DNA of 64,000 bases from an uncultured Poribacteria bacterium (lineage in GTDB: Bacteria; Poribacteria; WGA-4E; WGA-3G): positions 64,001 to 128,000 of the forward strand of contig CATQHZ020000001.1 of assembly GCA_958296135.2 (NCBI GenBank), read 5' to 3'. The notes under the pieces are model-generated. The model was not told the origin of the DNA. It ran no database searches and was given only the letters and a program-made list of their open reading frames with translations. The translations under genes were made by a program, and so were the position numbers. Shown here one piece after another: positions 30,701 to 39,345 of the stretch. The first letter of the stretch is position 1. Each line of letters opens with the position of its first letter.

Positions 30701-33700
30701 GTGGCAATCTTTCTCGTGAACAGCGGTTACCCGATGCTGCCATGCCTCAGTATCAAAACCTTTGTAACGTTGCGCGTTTTCGGAGAATTGCTTCTCGCTC
30801 AGCAGCTCATCTACGTTCAAGTGGCACTTCGGATGCGTGACGCGCGTGACTTTGTAGGCTGGCGCGTCGAGGTTCGCACGGTTTCCGGCGTTCGACAGGC
30901 TATTGGGACTTGTGGAACCGCCTTCTTCCGATGCTGCAGTGGCATCGGGGTGCTTTACTGGGGAAATCCCGGGGCCCGTGGATATCCAGAGTTCGCCTTC
31001 CTTGCGGACGGTGATGCCGGGGTGGAAATCCCGGAAGCGGACGGTGCCGCTCGCTTTGGCAAGAATTTTGCGCTGGCGGGCATCGGAGACTTCCTCTACT
31101 GCACCGCCGGTGTGGAACGTCCGCATCGTGAGTTGCGTACCCGGTTCACCAATGGATTGCGCGGCGATAATCCCGATCGCCTCGCCGACAGAGACGCGGA
31201 GGTTCGTCGTCAAATCGTACCCGTAGCATTTCGCGCACGCACCCTCCTCTGTTTCGCACGTGAGCACGGAACGGACGCTGACCTTTTTTATCCCACTCTC
31301 TTCAATCCGCTGCGCGGCCGCTGGAGTGATGATGGCATCTGCAGCGACAAGCAGTTCGTCGGTGACAGGATGTAGGATGTCTTCAGTAGCTGTCCGACCC
31401 GTAATTTTAAAACCGAGTTCTCCGCCTTCGGTGGCAAATTTCTTAATGCCGTGGAACGTGCCGCAGTCCTCTGCCGTAACGCGCACGTCTTGCGCAACAT
31501 CTACCAATTTGCGCGTCAGGTAACCTGAGGCTGCTGTCCGCATCGCCGTGTCAACCAACCCTTTTCGGGAACCATAGGTGGAGTTGAAATAGTCGATTAC
31601 GTCTAAGCCATCGCGATAAGAGGTGGTAATTGGCGGCAGCAAAATTTCACCGCTCTGCTTCGCTTTCAGGCCGATAATCGCACTGATTTGCATGAACGGA
31701 TTCTTCCGGGCCCGCGCACCGCTATCCGCCATGATATGCACAGGACTGAAACCTTCGACAAGCCCACCATGCTTGCTGAAGTACTCGGATAACTCAGCCG
31801 CTGAGTTCGCCTTCAGGAGTTCAATGGCATTCCCACGTTCAACCAGGTGCGTCTCCAATTCGGGCAGCGTGGCGAACATAATGTCTTCCATCTCGTTGAG
31901 CGCCTTAAACCACAAGCGGATCTGCTCGTTCTCGAGTTCTTCCGTATCGGCGGTTGCAGCGGGAGCATTGAGAAGCGCATCGATCGCCTTCTGTGTTCGT
32001 TCAAGCAGGGCCTCCCGGCCTGAAGGCGTAATGTAGTCGATGATGCCAGGCGAAATGCCGCTCAGCGTTGCATATTCAAACGCCAATTTTTGGACCTTGT
32101 CCAAAACCGCCACTGTCGCTTGCGTACCCAGTTCGTTGAAACAGGTTTCCACGATAGCAGATAATTTCCTGCCGCCTGCTTCATCGTTGAAAAACGGCAG
32201 TTGCTGCCCAGAAGCGGCATCCGCCCACTCCAACTCAGCCGGCAGCACCTCGTTAAAAATAACTCTGCCGACAGTGGTGAGAATCGGTGCTTTCCCTTCA
32301 AAGAACAACTGGACGCTGTCGTGCAATTTGAGCTGCTCGGCGCCATGCGCGGCTATGACTTCGGCCGGGTGCGTGTAGCGACGGTAATACCACGGCTTGG
32401 CGCGGAGCTCCGCGAACAGGGACGCATCACCGTTTCTAGCCGTGTATGCCTTGTGGAGCAATTCCGCATCCGCAGCGTGGGTTGGCAGCGTTTTCGTCAG
32501 GTAACTCGGCCCAAGCACCATATCAAGTTCTGGAACAGCAATCGGCCCGCCGTGAGAAGGCTTCAAGATGTTGTGGCTGCTGAGCATCAGCAGCTTCGCT
32601 TCTGCCTGCGCCTCGGCGGTTAACGGCACATGCACTGCCATCTGGTCGCCGTCAAAATCCGCATTGAACGCTTTGCAGACAAGCGGCGGAATCCTGATGG
32701 ATTTGCCTTCAACCAAAACCGGCATGAACGCCTGAATGCCCAACCGATGCAACGTCGGCGGCCGGTTCAGCAACACAGGATGGTCTTGGATAACTTCTTC
32801 CAGCACATCCCAAACCGGACTACTCGGGTCGAGATGCTCCACGAAAGCCTTGGCCCGTTTGATAGTACCGCTGAAACCATACGCTTGCAACCGCTCAATA
32901 ATAAACGGCTTGAACAATTCCACCGCCATCCGTTTCGGGATACCGCATTGGTGGAGTTCTAACTCAGGACCGACAACGATGACGCTCCGCCCGGAGTAGT
33001 CCACGCGTTTGCCGAGAAGGTTCTGGCGGAACCGACCGACTTTCCCTTTCAGGACATGCGAGAGCGATTTTAACTCACGATTGCCCGGACCCGTCACCTT
33101 TCTCCCGTGCCGGCCATTGTCAAAGAACGCATCGACAGCTTCCTGGAGCATCCGTTTCTCGTTGCGTAAAATTATCTCCGGCGAACGGATCTGGATGAGT
33201 TTATGCAGGCGGTTGTTCCGATGGATAAGCCGCCGGTACAAATCGTTCAAATCGCTGGTGGCGAACCGGCCACCGTCTAACGTGACAAGGGGCCGCAGAT
33301 CCGGCGGAATGACAGGCAGCACATCCATAATCATCCACTCGGGCCGCTGTCCGGAGGCGATAAAATCCTCCATCAGTTTGATCTGCTTCGCGAGTTTCAC
33401 CTTTTTCTGGTGGCTCCGCGTTTCCTCAAGCTCCTCGGCGAGTTTCGTACGCTCTGCCTCGAGGTCGATCTGGGCGAGGTGTTCGGCGATAACTTCAGCA
33501 CCAGCACCGGCTTTAAATCGCCCGCGATATTGGCGTTTGAGGGTATCGTATTCTACCTCCGTGAGGAGGCGGTTCGGTTTGAGAATGCCTTGCTGCTGGA
33601 GTTCCTCGTCCACTTCGGTGACAATAAACGCTTCAAAGTAGAGCACGCGTTCAATCTGCCGTGCAGGGAGCTCGCAGAACGCGCCGATGCGCGAGGGGAC

Positions 33701-34102
33701 ACCCTTGAAAAACCAGATATGCGAGACGGGGGATGCAAGTTGGATATAGCCCATCCGTTCCCGGCGCACGTGCTGGCGCGTAACTTCCACGCCGCACCGG
33801 TCGCAGATAACGCCTTTGTGCTTGATCCGCTTATATTTCCCGCAGTTACACTCCCAATCCTTAGACGGCCCGAAGATGGCTTCACAAAAGAGGCCCTCGA
33901 GTTCGGGACGGAAGGAACGGTAGTTAATCGTCTCGGCTTTCTTCACCACCCCGCAGTTGCAAGTGTGCATTTCTGGACAGGTAAAGGGTTCGTCAGGAGC
34001 GACGGTGCTGCTTCTACGTTTGCAGCAAGTGCGCTTCGCCAACGCTTTGATTTCGTCGGGTGATGCGATTTTGATGGAGATACTGTCAAAAGGTGTTGCC
34101 AT
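27782..34102 (-). CDS. rpoC: DNA-directed RNA polymerase subunit beta' with an ~840-aa trigger-loop insertion
   Basis: Zn finger, NADFDGD, SIGEPGTQLTMRTFH, GLKENVILGRLIPAG. Confidence 0.98.
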   Translation of the reverse strand: MATPFDSISIKIASPDEIKALAKRTCCKRRSSTVAPDEPFTCPEMHTCNCGVVKKAETINYRSFRPELEGLFCEAIFGPSKDWECNCGKYKRIKHKGVICDRCGVEVTRQHVRRERMGYIQLASPVSHIWFFKGVPSRIGAFCELPARQIERVLYFEAFIVTEVDEELQQQGILKPNRLLTEVEYDTLKRQYRGRFKAGAGAEVIAEHLAQIDLEAERTKLAEELEETRSHQKKVKLAKQIKLMEDFIASGQRPEWMIMDVLPVIPPDLRPLVTLDGGRFATSDLNDLYRRLIHRNNRLHKLIQIRSPEIILRNEKRMLQEAVDAFFDNGRHGRKVTGPGNRELKSLSHVLKGKVGRFRQNLLGKRVDYSGRSVIVVGPELELHQCGIPKRMAVELFKPFIIERLQAYGFSGTIKRAKAFVEHLDPSSPVWDVLEEVIQDHPVLLNRPPTLHRLGIQAFMPVLVEGKSIRIPPLVCKAFNADFDGDQMAVHVPLTAEAQAEAKLLMLSSHNILKPSHGGPIAVPELDMVLGPSYLTKTLPTHAADAELLHKAYTARNGDASLFAELRAKPWYYRRYTHPAEVIAAHGAEQLKLHDSVQLFFEGKAPILTTVGRVIFNEVLPAELEWADAASGQQLPFFNDEAGGRKLSAIVETCFNELGTQATVAVLDKVQKLAFEYATLSGISPGIIDYITPSGREALLERTQKAIDALLNAPAATADTEELENEQIRLWFKALNEMEDIMFATLPELETHLVERGNAIELLKANSAAELSEYFSKHGGLVEGFSPVHIMADSGARARKNPFMQISAIIGLKAKQSGEILLPPITTSYRDGLDVIDYFNSTYGSRKGLVDTAMRTAASGYLTRKLVDVAQDVRVTAEDCGTFHGIKKFATEGGELGFKITGRTATEDILHPVTDELLVAADAIITPAAAQRIEESGIKKVSVRSVLTCETEEGACAKCYGYDLTTNLRVSVGEAIGIIAAQSIGEPGTQLTMRTFHTGGAVEEVSDARQRKILAKASGTVRFRDFHPGITVRKEGELWISTGPGISPVKHPDATAASEEGGSTSPNSLSNAGNRANLDAPAYKVTRVTHPKCHLNVDELLSEKQFSENAQRYKGFDTEAWQHRVTAVHEKDCHLQVGDRLSAAQWHQARITYGLPRFATEKREIADVQLAAVNVRPGDLLTEAEIGEHKAEIRNGFDGEWCYRIPETGEIFESVEELVPSSETAVESLEDIAETAMPVDTSPAMAGDLVSADTSLAEGTPFERVYRITESAHPDFPYEIGQIVAAGEISPWFTPFEEAPNPVYVIDANAPLHAGEMLTRYAYEEACANYRPFESERVSEVLHHVTAVHHRDCPLKPGQDLTTTDKDAMLARWMGFDVQKLRHRVTYIHHPECTLAPGTLMSDVEAKKGRNQFRGIEAHVGSLEATRLNRIAAVHCSGSPLQKGELMTPKEASAYRRKFKAFDVEHSYDVPEGHYSRVTEAKPGFTAEALTGPAFTGKGSKHVWRVTEVFHSACKLEVGQDISNAAYKKAQKDSPGVKPGDILTQAELETWQPLAAEPVQRLTEAEYQARRKMETRDKTRRKTEPTIKDKGIPRHRVLAVYHPGLPVESGDELTDKEYKKLQQKFKGFDVEPLFGVIPDEPEVAAIGLPEDASTDAKADAKADAKADFTVVARYKHVVDNLERPVSLWEKPRLVKFWQVKAVLNPECGMTVEQNLSETDYQAACEKYQVYVDEPKTQFPFDRAEILTAAAYRALRKYTVTAVHHPNCPYKVGDELSEVEYQSAFDHYPGFDTDEPALRMHIEVETADGHRVPHLITAGYSFSVKEGEPIKVEQTLAELHEKTANMDIVAGIPRVTDLFEARRPKREDAAEIAEIEGFIESAGTKAGVPTYRIVDEGHESRLYAIPDEKRRVTEGDRVEAGQPLTDGYLNPHDILRIGRVFIEDVAIEGEEAVWTYLVEEIQKVYGGRAINDKHLETIVKQMLTKVRVLEPGDTPFHENGEVPRWKFAQVNALVTDAGGEPATGEPILQGISRASLSTESFISAASFQQTTKVLTDAAVKGQTDKLFGLKENVILGRLIPAGSGFDDFQNLAITEVDTDEPVETPGP

Positions 34103-34147
34103 TGCGGATTTTCTCCTATAGCCATTAACGGCCTAGATGAAGATTAA

Positions 34148-34343
34148 GAATTTTTTTCCGCGGGCGATGGACGGATAGAACCATCCGCCCTTACACGCCT
34201 AGAACGGGTAATTTTTTCCGCGGGCGATAGACGGATAGAGCCATCCGCCCTGCCAGTCGGGGGCGATGGCTGCAGCGTTGCGGCATAACGGCCCTCGCCC
34301 TACGAACCGCAGCCCGGCGGCGCAGTCTCAAACCGCGCCTACC
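34148..34343. repeat. rpoB-rpoC intergenic repeat cluster: two ~44-bp direct copies plus REP palindromes
   Basis: ttttttccgcgggcgat(g/a)gacggataga.ccatccgccct at 34148 and 34210; related copy at 48356. Confidence 0.75.
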
Positions 34344-34371
34344 GAGGACTACTACGGGCACCTGACACGGA

Positions 34372-37300
34372 TTACTTTTCTTCAGGCGGGTTCAGGGAGA
34401 CGCTGAGGCCGAGCCCCTGGAGCTCGCGCACAAGAACGTTGAAAGACTCCGGCGTGCCGGGGGTTTCAGGGTTGCGTCCCTTTACCACCGCCTCGTAAAT
34501 TTTCGCTCTGCCCCTGAAATCGTCGGATTTGAGCGTGAGCATTTCCTGGAGGGTGTGCGCTGCGCCGTAGGCCTCCAATGCCCACACCTCCATCTCACCC
34601 AGCCGCTGCCCGCCGTGCTGCGCCTTGCCGCCTAACGGCTGCTGCGTAACAAGCGAGTAAGGGCCAGTTGAACGGGCGTGCATCTTGTCGGCAACGAGGT
34701 GGTTCAGTTTGAGGAAATAAACATATCCCACCGTAACCTCCTGGCCGAAGGGTTCACCCGTTCTGCCATCGTAAAGGATGCTTTTCCCGGTCTGTTTGCT
34801 ACGCTCGGGCAGGTGCGTCTTCGCGAGTTGCCCGAAGATTTCCTGCTCAGTCGCGCCGTCAAAAACGGGGGACTCGGCGTAGATGCCCAATTCATGGCAC
34901 GCCCATCCGAGGTGAATCTCAAGAATCTGCCCCACATTCATGCGCGATGGCACGCCCAGCGGATTCAGCACGATATCTACCGGCGTGCCATCGGGCAGGT
35001 AGGGCATATCCTCTTTCGGCAAAATCTCTGCCACCACGCCTTTGTTGCCGTAGCGGCCGGCCATCTTATCGCCGATGGAAATGTGGCGTGTGGTAGCGAC
35101 ATAGACTTTGACAAGTTTAATCACGCCTTGTTTGAGTTCATCGCCGAGTTCCATCTGCTTGAGCGACATCGCTTTCTCTTCGGTGTAGGCCGCGATGCGC
35201 TCATCAGCGATTTCCTCAACGCGCTGGATGTAACTCATCGCCTTCAAATCGGCGACGCGGATATCGCTGAGGACAACGCCGGGTGTCTGGAGGAGTTCCC
35301 CTGTCACTAAGTCGCCGGCTTCTGCAAGCGGTTTGAAGGTGACATCGGGTACTGCGTCATCGTCGCCATCATTGGCGCGTAAGAGGGCCGCTTCGGTGAC
35401 GAGACTCTCGAAAATAGGTTCCGCCAATTCGCATCCGATGAGGGTGTTCCGAATTTCCTCATCCCGCCGCCGGCGAATAGCACGAAGATGCGCCTGGTAG
35501 GTTTCGTCTATCTCCTTCCGCTTTGCGTCGTATCGGAGCTGGTCTGCGTCAGCGAAGCTCTGCGGCCCAGGCTTCCGGGTTGGCTCCTGTTTTCTTGTGA
35601 AGACTTTCACGTCAATCACGATGCCTTCAATGCCGGGTTTGACATAAGTCGAAGCGTCTCGGACTTCGCGCACCTTTTCACCGAAGATGACGTGCAGCAG
35701 TTTTTCCTCCGGTCCGTAATCGCTTTCGCCTTTCGGCGTAATCTTACCGACGAGGATGCTACCCGCGCCAACAAGGCTCCCGACACGGATGATACCCTCT
35801 TCGTCCAGCTGCGAGAGCCGTTGGTCGCTCATATCGGGGATATCGCGCGTAATTTCTTCCGGGCCCATCTTCGTCTCTCGCGCCTCCACCTCAAATTCCT
35901 CGATATGGATGGAACTAAAGGTAGCATTTTGCACAAGCGTATCACTAATGAGGATGGAATCCTCGTAGTTATGCCCACCCCACGGCATATAGGCGCACAA
36001 GACGTTCCGGCCAAGCGCGAGTTCGCCTTCCTCGGTGGAAGTACCATCGGCGATGACATCGCCTGCCGCCACTTTATCGCCGACAGAAACGATAGGACGC
36101 TGATGGATGCACGTGCCGCTGTTGCTCCGCTTGAAAGTGTGGAGTTGATACCGGTCGTACCCCATCTCACTCTTGTGTTGTTCGCCGATGTCTGCGTGAA
36201 GTGCCTCATCGGTATGAATGATGATATCCTCGGCGGAGACGCTCTCGACGGTGCCGCTGCGTTTGGCGATGCCGAGGGCCCCTGAATCCCGGGCGACGCG
36301 TACCTCCATGCCGGTGCCGACAAGTGGGGCTTCTGGCGTGATGAGCGGCACTGCCTGTCGCTGGTGATTCGCGCCCATCAAAGCCCGGTTCGCGTCTTCA
36401 TGCTCTAAAAAGGGCACAAGTGCAGCAGACACACCGACAATCTGCGAGGGTGACACGCCGACGTAGTCCACCTCGGCTAGCGGTAAAGAGAAGATATCTT
36501 CGCCTTTCCGCGCAGGCAGATGAATCCCGGTGTCGCGTGTCTGATGTCCGTTTTTCACCCCGCGGGGTGCAGCTTTGGCGGCGATGCACGCCCGGTCCTC
36601 CCTATTCGCGGTGAGGTATTCGATCTTCAGCTCCTCCAAGGGTTTGCCGGGCTGCACCTTGTAATAAGGTGTCTCGATAAACCCATACGGATTTATCCGC
36701 GCATAACACGCCAGTGAGACAAGCAATCCGATAGAGGGGCCTTCCGGTGTCTCTAACGGACAGACGCGCCCGTAGTGTGTGTGATGCACATCGCGAACAG
36801 CAGCGGTGGCTCTGTCGCGCGAGAGTCCACCGGGCCCGATGGCTGAGATGCGCCGCTTGTGCGTCAATTCATCAAGCGGGTTTACCTGCTGCATGAACTG
36901 CGACAACTGGTTTGAACCGAAGAACTCGCGGAGAGAAACCATCAGCGGCTTCGGGTTAATCAGGGCTGTCGGCACGCAGGTGCGCATATCCGCTGAGGAG
37001 ATACGTTCTCGCGTTGCACGCCGAATCTGGAATAAGCCGATGCCGAATTGGTTTTCGAGCAATTCTCCGATAACCCGCACGCGGCGGTTGCCGAGGTGGT
37101 CCAAGTCGTCCTTGGGCACGAGGCCGTTTTGGACATCAAGGAGGTGCCGCAGCGTCGCCGCGATGTCCTCCGGGCGGAGCGCGCGGAATTTCTCATCTGG
37201 CCGTTCGCCATAGATGGCGAGATGTCCGAGTTTCTCGTTGATTTTGTAACGGCCGACAGTGCCTAAGTCGTAGCGATGCGGGTCAAAGAAGTGCCACGTC

Positions 37301-38928
37301 AGCTGCCGCTGCGCCGCCTCAACGGTAGCAGGTTCCCCCGGGCGGAGGATTTTGTGAATCTCGATAAGTGCAGCGTCCTGAATCGGCGTTTCGCTCTGCC
37401 GTCCAGTAGCGTTTACGCTTGGCGGGTAGTCCGCCTCTTTATCGCGTTCCAGTGTATTCCGTAAGAATCGGAGGGCTTTGGCATCTTCCGGTGCAAGGAC
37501 GGTAAGTGTCTCGATACCAGCATCGCGGAGACGTTCAACTTCTGTCTCAGTGAGCAGAGTATTCGCTGTTACGAGCAGTTCCCCGGTTCTCGGTTCGACA
37601 ATAGGTTCGGCACAGACGCTGCCGAGCGTGTCGTGGATATCTGTGGGTTCAAGTTCCGCCACCGAGAAGTTGCCGCGGTGCATTGCAAGCATTTCGGTGT
37701 ATTCCGTCGGCGTGAGGACTTGGCCTACTTTCAAAGGACAGCCTGTATTCAGAATGTTAGTAACCTGAAGGAGGCGTTCGGTTGTGAACCCTTTCCACTT
37801 CCGGCGTTCGCGGGTGCGTTCGGGCGACGTGAGCATCTGCCCCTCTTCAAGCGGGCACCCTTTGTCGATAACGGAGGTGACACGATAGCACGGTTCGATT
37901 TCAATGCCGGGATATGCCTTCAGTGCCTTTTTATACTTTTCATCTGGCACAATATCGCCGATAGCGTAGGGGCAGTCTGTCCGGTAGAGCGTCGTGACGT
38001 GCCAGACGCGTGCAAATGTCGTCGTCTTCCACGTTTTGCGATGCTGTGCCCACTCGTTCTGTGTGAGCCTATCGCCGACTGCGACGGGGCACGCTGCATC
38101 AGGGACATCGACAACTTCGTAGAAGCGTTCTGCTGCGAAGCCCGGATATTTGGCATCGTAGTTCCGATGTTCCGCAGCAGTGAGGCAATCGCCTATGCTG
38201 AGGGGGCATTCCGGGATAGGCACTTCGGTGACGCGCCAGCCGGCAAGCACGACGCGCGTCGGCTCAGCGAACAGTTTCAAGATATCGGCATCCGTTCCCC
38301 ATCCGAGCGCGCGGAGGAGCACGGAAGCAGGTATTTTCTTGCGCTTATTTAAGCGGACATAGAGCTGGTCCTTCGAGTCCGTCTCAAATTCCACCCAGGA
38401 GCCGCGGTAAGGGATGATCTGGGCGGTGTGCGAGCGTTGTCCGCTCGGGAGCACCTTATCCATAAAAATCACACCGGGGGAACGGTGCAATTGGTTGACG
38501 ATGACGCGTTCGCTGCCGTTGATGATGAAGGAGGCGTTCTCTGTCATCAACGGGACTTCGCCGAAATAGACATCGGACTCGCGGATATCGATGATGTGCG
38601 GTTCGTCGTCCTCGGTATCCTTCTCACAGACGATGAGCCGGAGGCGCGCGGTGAGGGATACCTGATAGGTGACACCTCTAGCGAGACACTCGTCAAGTGT
38701 GTATTTGGGCTCGCCGAGTCGATAATACACGAATTCGAGACGCGACACCTCGCTGAAATCGGCGATAGGAAACACTTCTTGGAAGACAGCTTGCAAGCCG
38801 CTATCGGCGCGGTGTTGGGGCTGCGTATCGCGCTGCAAAAAATTTGCATAGGCGCGCTGCTGTGTCTCAATCAAATTTGGGAGGGGCGTGCGAACGTCTG
38901 TTTTGGCGAAAGAGAGGCGTTTTTTCAT
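34372..38928 (-). CDS. rpoB: DNA-directed RNA polymerase subunit beta with a five-unit repeat insertion
   Basis: QLHRSPG, ETPEG, GDKMAGRYGNKG, GGQRLGEMEVWALEAYG. Confidence 0.98.
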   Translation of the reverse strand: MKKRLSFAKTDVRTPLPNLIETQQRAYANFLQRDTQPQHRADSGLQAVFQEVFPIADFSEVSRLEFVYYRLGEPKYTLDECLARGVTYQVSLTARLRLIVCEKDTEDDEPHIIDIRESDVYFGEVPLMTENASFIINGSERVIVNQLHRSPGVIFMDKVLPSGQRSHTAQIIPYRGSWVEFETDSKDQLYVRLNKRKKIPASVLLRALGWGTDADILKLFAEPTRVVLAGWRVTEVPIPECPLSIGDCLTAAEHRNYDAKYPGFAAERFYEVVDVPDAACPVAVGDRLTQNEWAQHRKTWKTTTFARVWHVTTLYRTDCPYAIGDIVPDEKYKKALKAYPGIEIEPCYRVTSVIDKGCPLEEGQMLTSPERTRERRKWKGFTTERLLQVTNILNTGCPLKVGQVLTPTEYTEMLAMHRGNFSVAELEPTDIHDTLGSVCAEPIVEPRTGELLVTANTLLTETEVERLRDAGIETLTVLAPEDAKALRFLRNTLERDKEADYPPSVNATGRQSETPIQDAALIEIHKILRPGEPATVEAAQRQLTWHFFDPHRYDLGTVGRYKINEKLGHLAIYGERPDEKFRALRPEDIAATLRHLLDVQNGLVPKDDLDHLGNRRVRVIGELLENQFGIGLFQIRRATRERISSADMRTCVPTALINPKPLMVSLREFFGSNQLSQFMQQVNPLDELTHKRRISAIGPGGLSRDRATAAVRDVHHTHYGRVCPLETPEGPSIGLLVSLACYARINPYGFIETPYYKVQPGKPLEELKIEYLTANREDRACIAAKAAPRGVKNGHQTRDTGIHLPARKGEDIFSLPLAEVDYVGVSPSQIVGVSAALVPFLEHEDANRALMGANHQRQAVPLITPEAPLVGTGMEVRVARDSGALGIAKRSGTVESVSAEDIIIHTDEALHADIGEQHKSEMGYDRYQLHTFKRSNSGTCIHQRPIVSVGDKVAAGDVIADGTSTEEGELALGRNVLCAYMPWGGHNYEDSILISDTLVQNATFSSIHIEEFEVEARETKMGPEEITRDIPDMSDQRLSQLDEEGIIRVGSLVGAGSILVGKITPKGESDYGPEEKLLHVIFGEKVREVRDASTYVKPGIEGIVIDVKVFTRKQEPTRKPGPQSFADADQLRYDAKRKEIDETYQAHLRAIRRRRDEEIRNTLIGCELAEPIFESLVTEAALLRANDGDDDAVPDVTFKPLAEAGDLVTGELLQTPGVVLSDIRVADLKAMSYIQRVEEIADERIAAYTEEKAMSLKQMELGDELKQGVIKLVKVYVATTRHISIGDKMAGRYGNKGVVAEILPKEDMPYLPDGTPVDIVLNPLGVPSRMNVGQILEIHLGWACHELGIYAESPVFDGATEQEIFGQLAKTHLPERSKQTGKSILYDGRTGEPFGQEVTVGYVYFLKLNHLVADKMHARSTGPYSLVTQQPLGGKAQHGGQRLGEMEVWALEAYGAAHTLQEMLTLKSDDFRGRAKIYEAVVKGRNPETPGTPESFNVLVRELQGLGLSVSLNPPEEK

Positions 38929-39168
38929 TTTTCGTATTTCCTAGCGGTTGTTTAGCTACCTCTGTGACGAAAACGTTGTTGAACCAGGGCCAGCAACGCC
39001 ATTAGCGATGACGATGACGATGACGATGTCGATGTCGATGTCCTTGGTCCTTCTTCTCTGCCAGGAAAGGAGGCTAGTGATTTTTTAGCGTTTTTCTAAC
39101 GTGGTTTGAAAACAACGAAAAACAAGCGGATTCTATCTCAATTTTATGCAAATATAGCATAACGTAAA

Positions 39169-39197
39169 ATTATACTACATTTTTTAGCAAATGTCAA
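39169..39197 (-). promoter_or_regulatory. consensus sigma70 promoter for rpoBC
   Basis: TTGACA-17 bp-TATAAT with an AT-rich upstream tract. Confidence 0.75.
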
Positions 39198-39345
39198 ATT
39201 AAAAATGCGAAAAAAACGTTTTTTTGCAGATTTTTTTAGAAAATCCGGTTAAAAACAGAAAACTTTTGATTTTTCGCGGCGAACATGGTATTATTTTGGG
39301 AGAAGATACAGAAAAATTGATGCAAATTGTCGCGGAGGAGATACA

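Noticed and set aside
28570-31100. Intein in rpoC (or rpoB)
   Set aside because: No C/S start with HN-C/S/T end and no LAGLIDADG motifs; the insertions are tandem repeats at known lineage-specific insertion sites.
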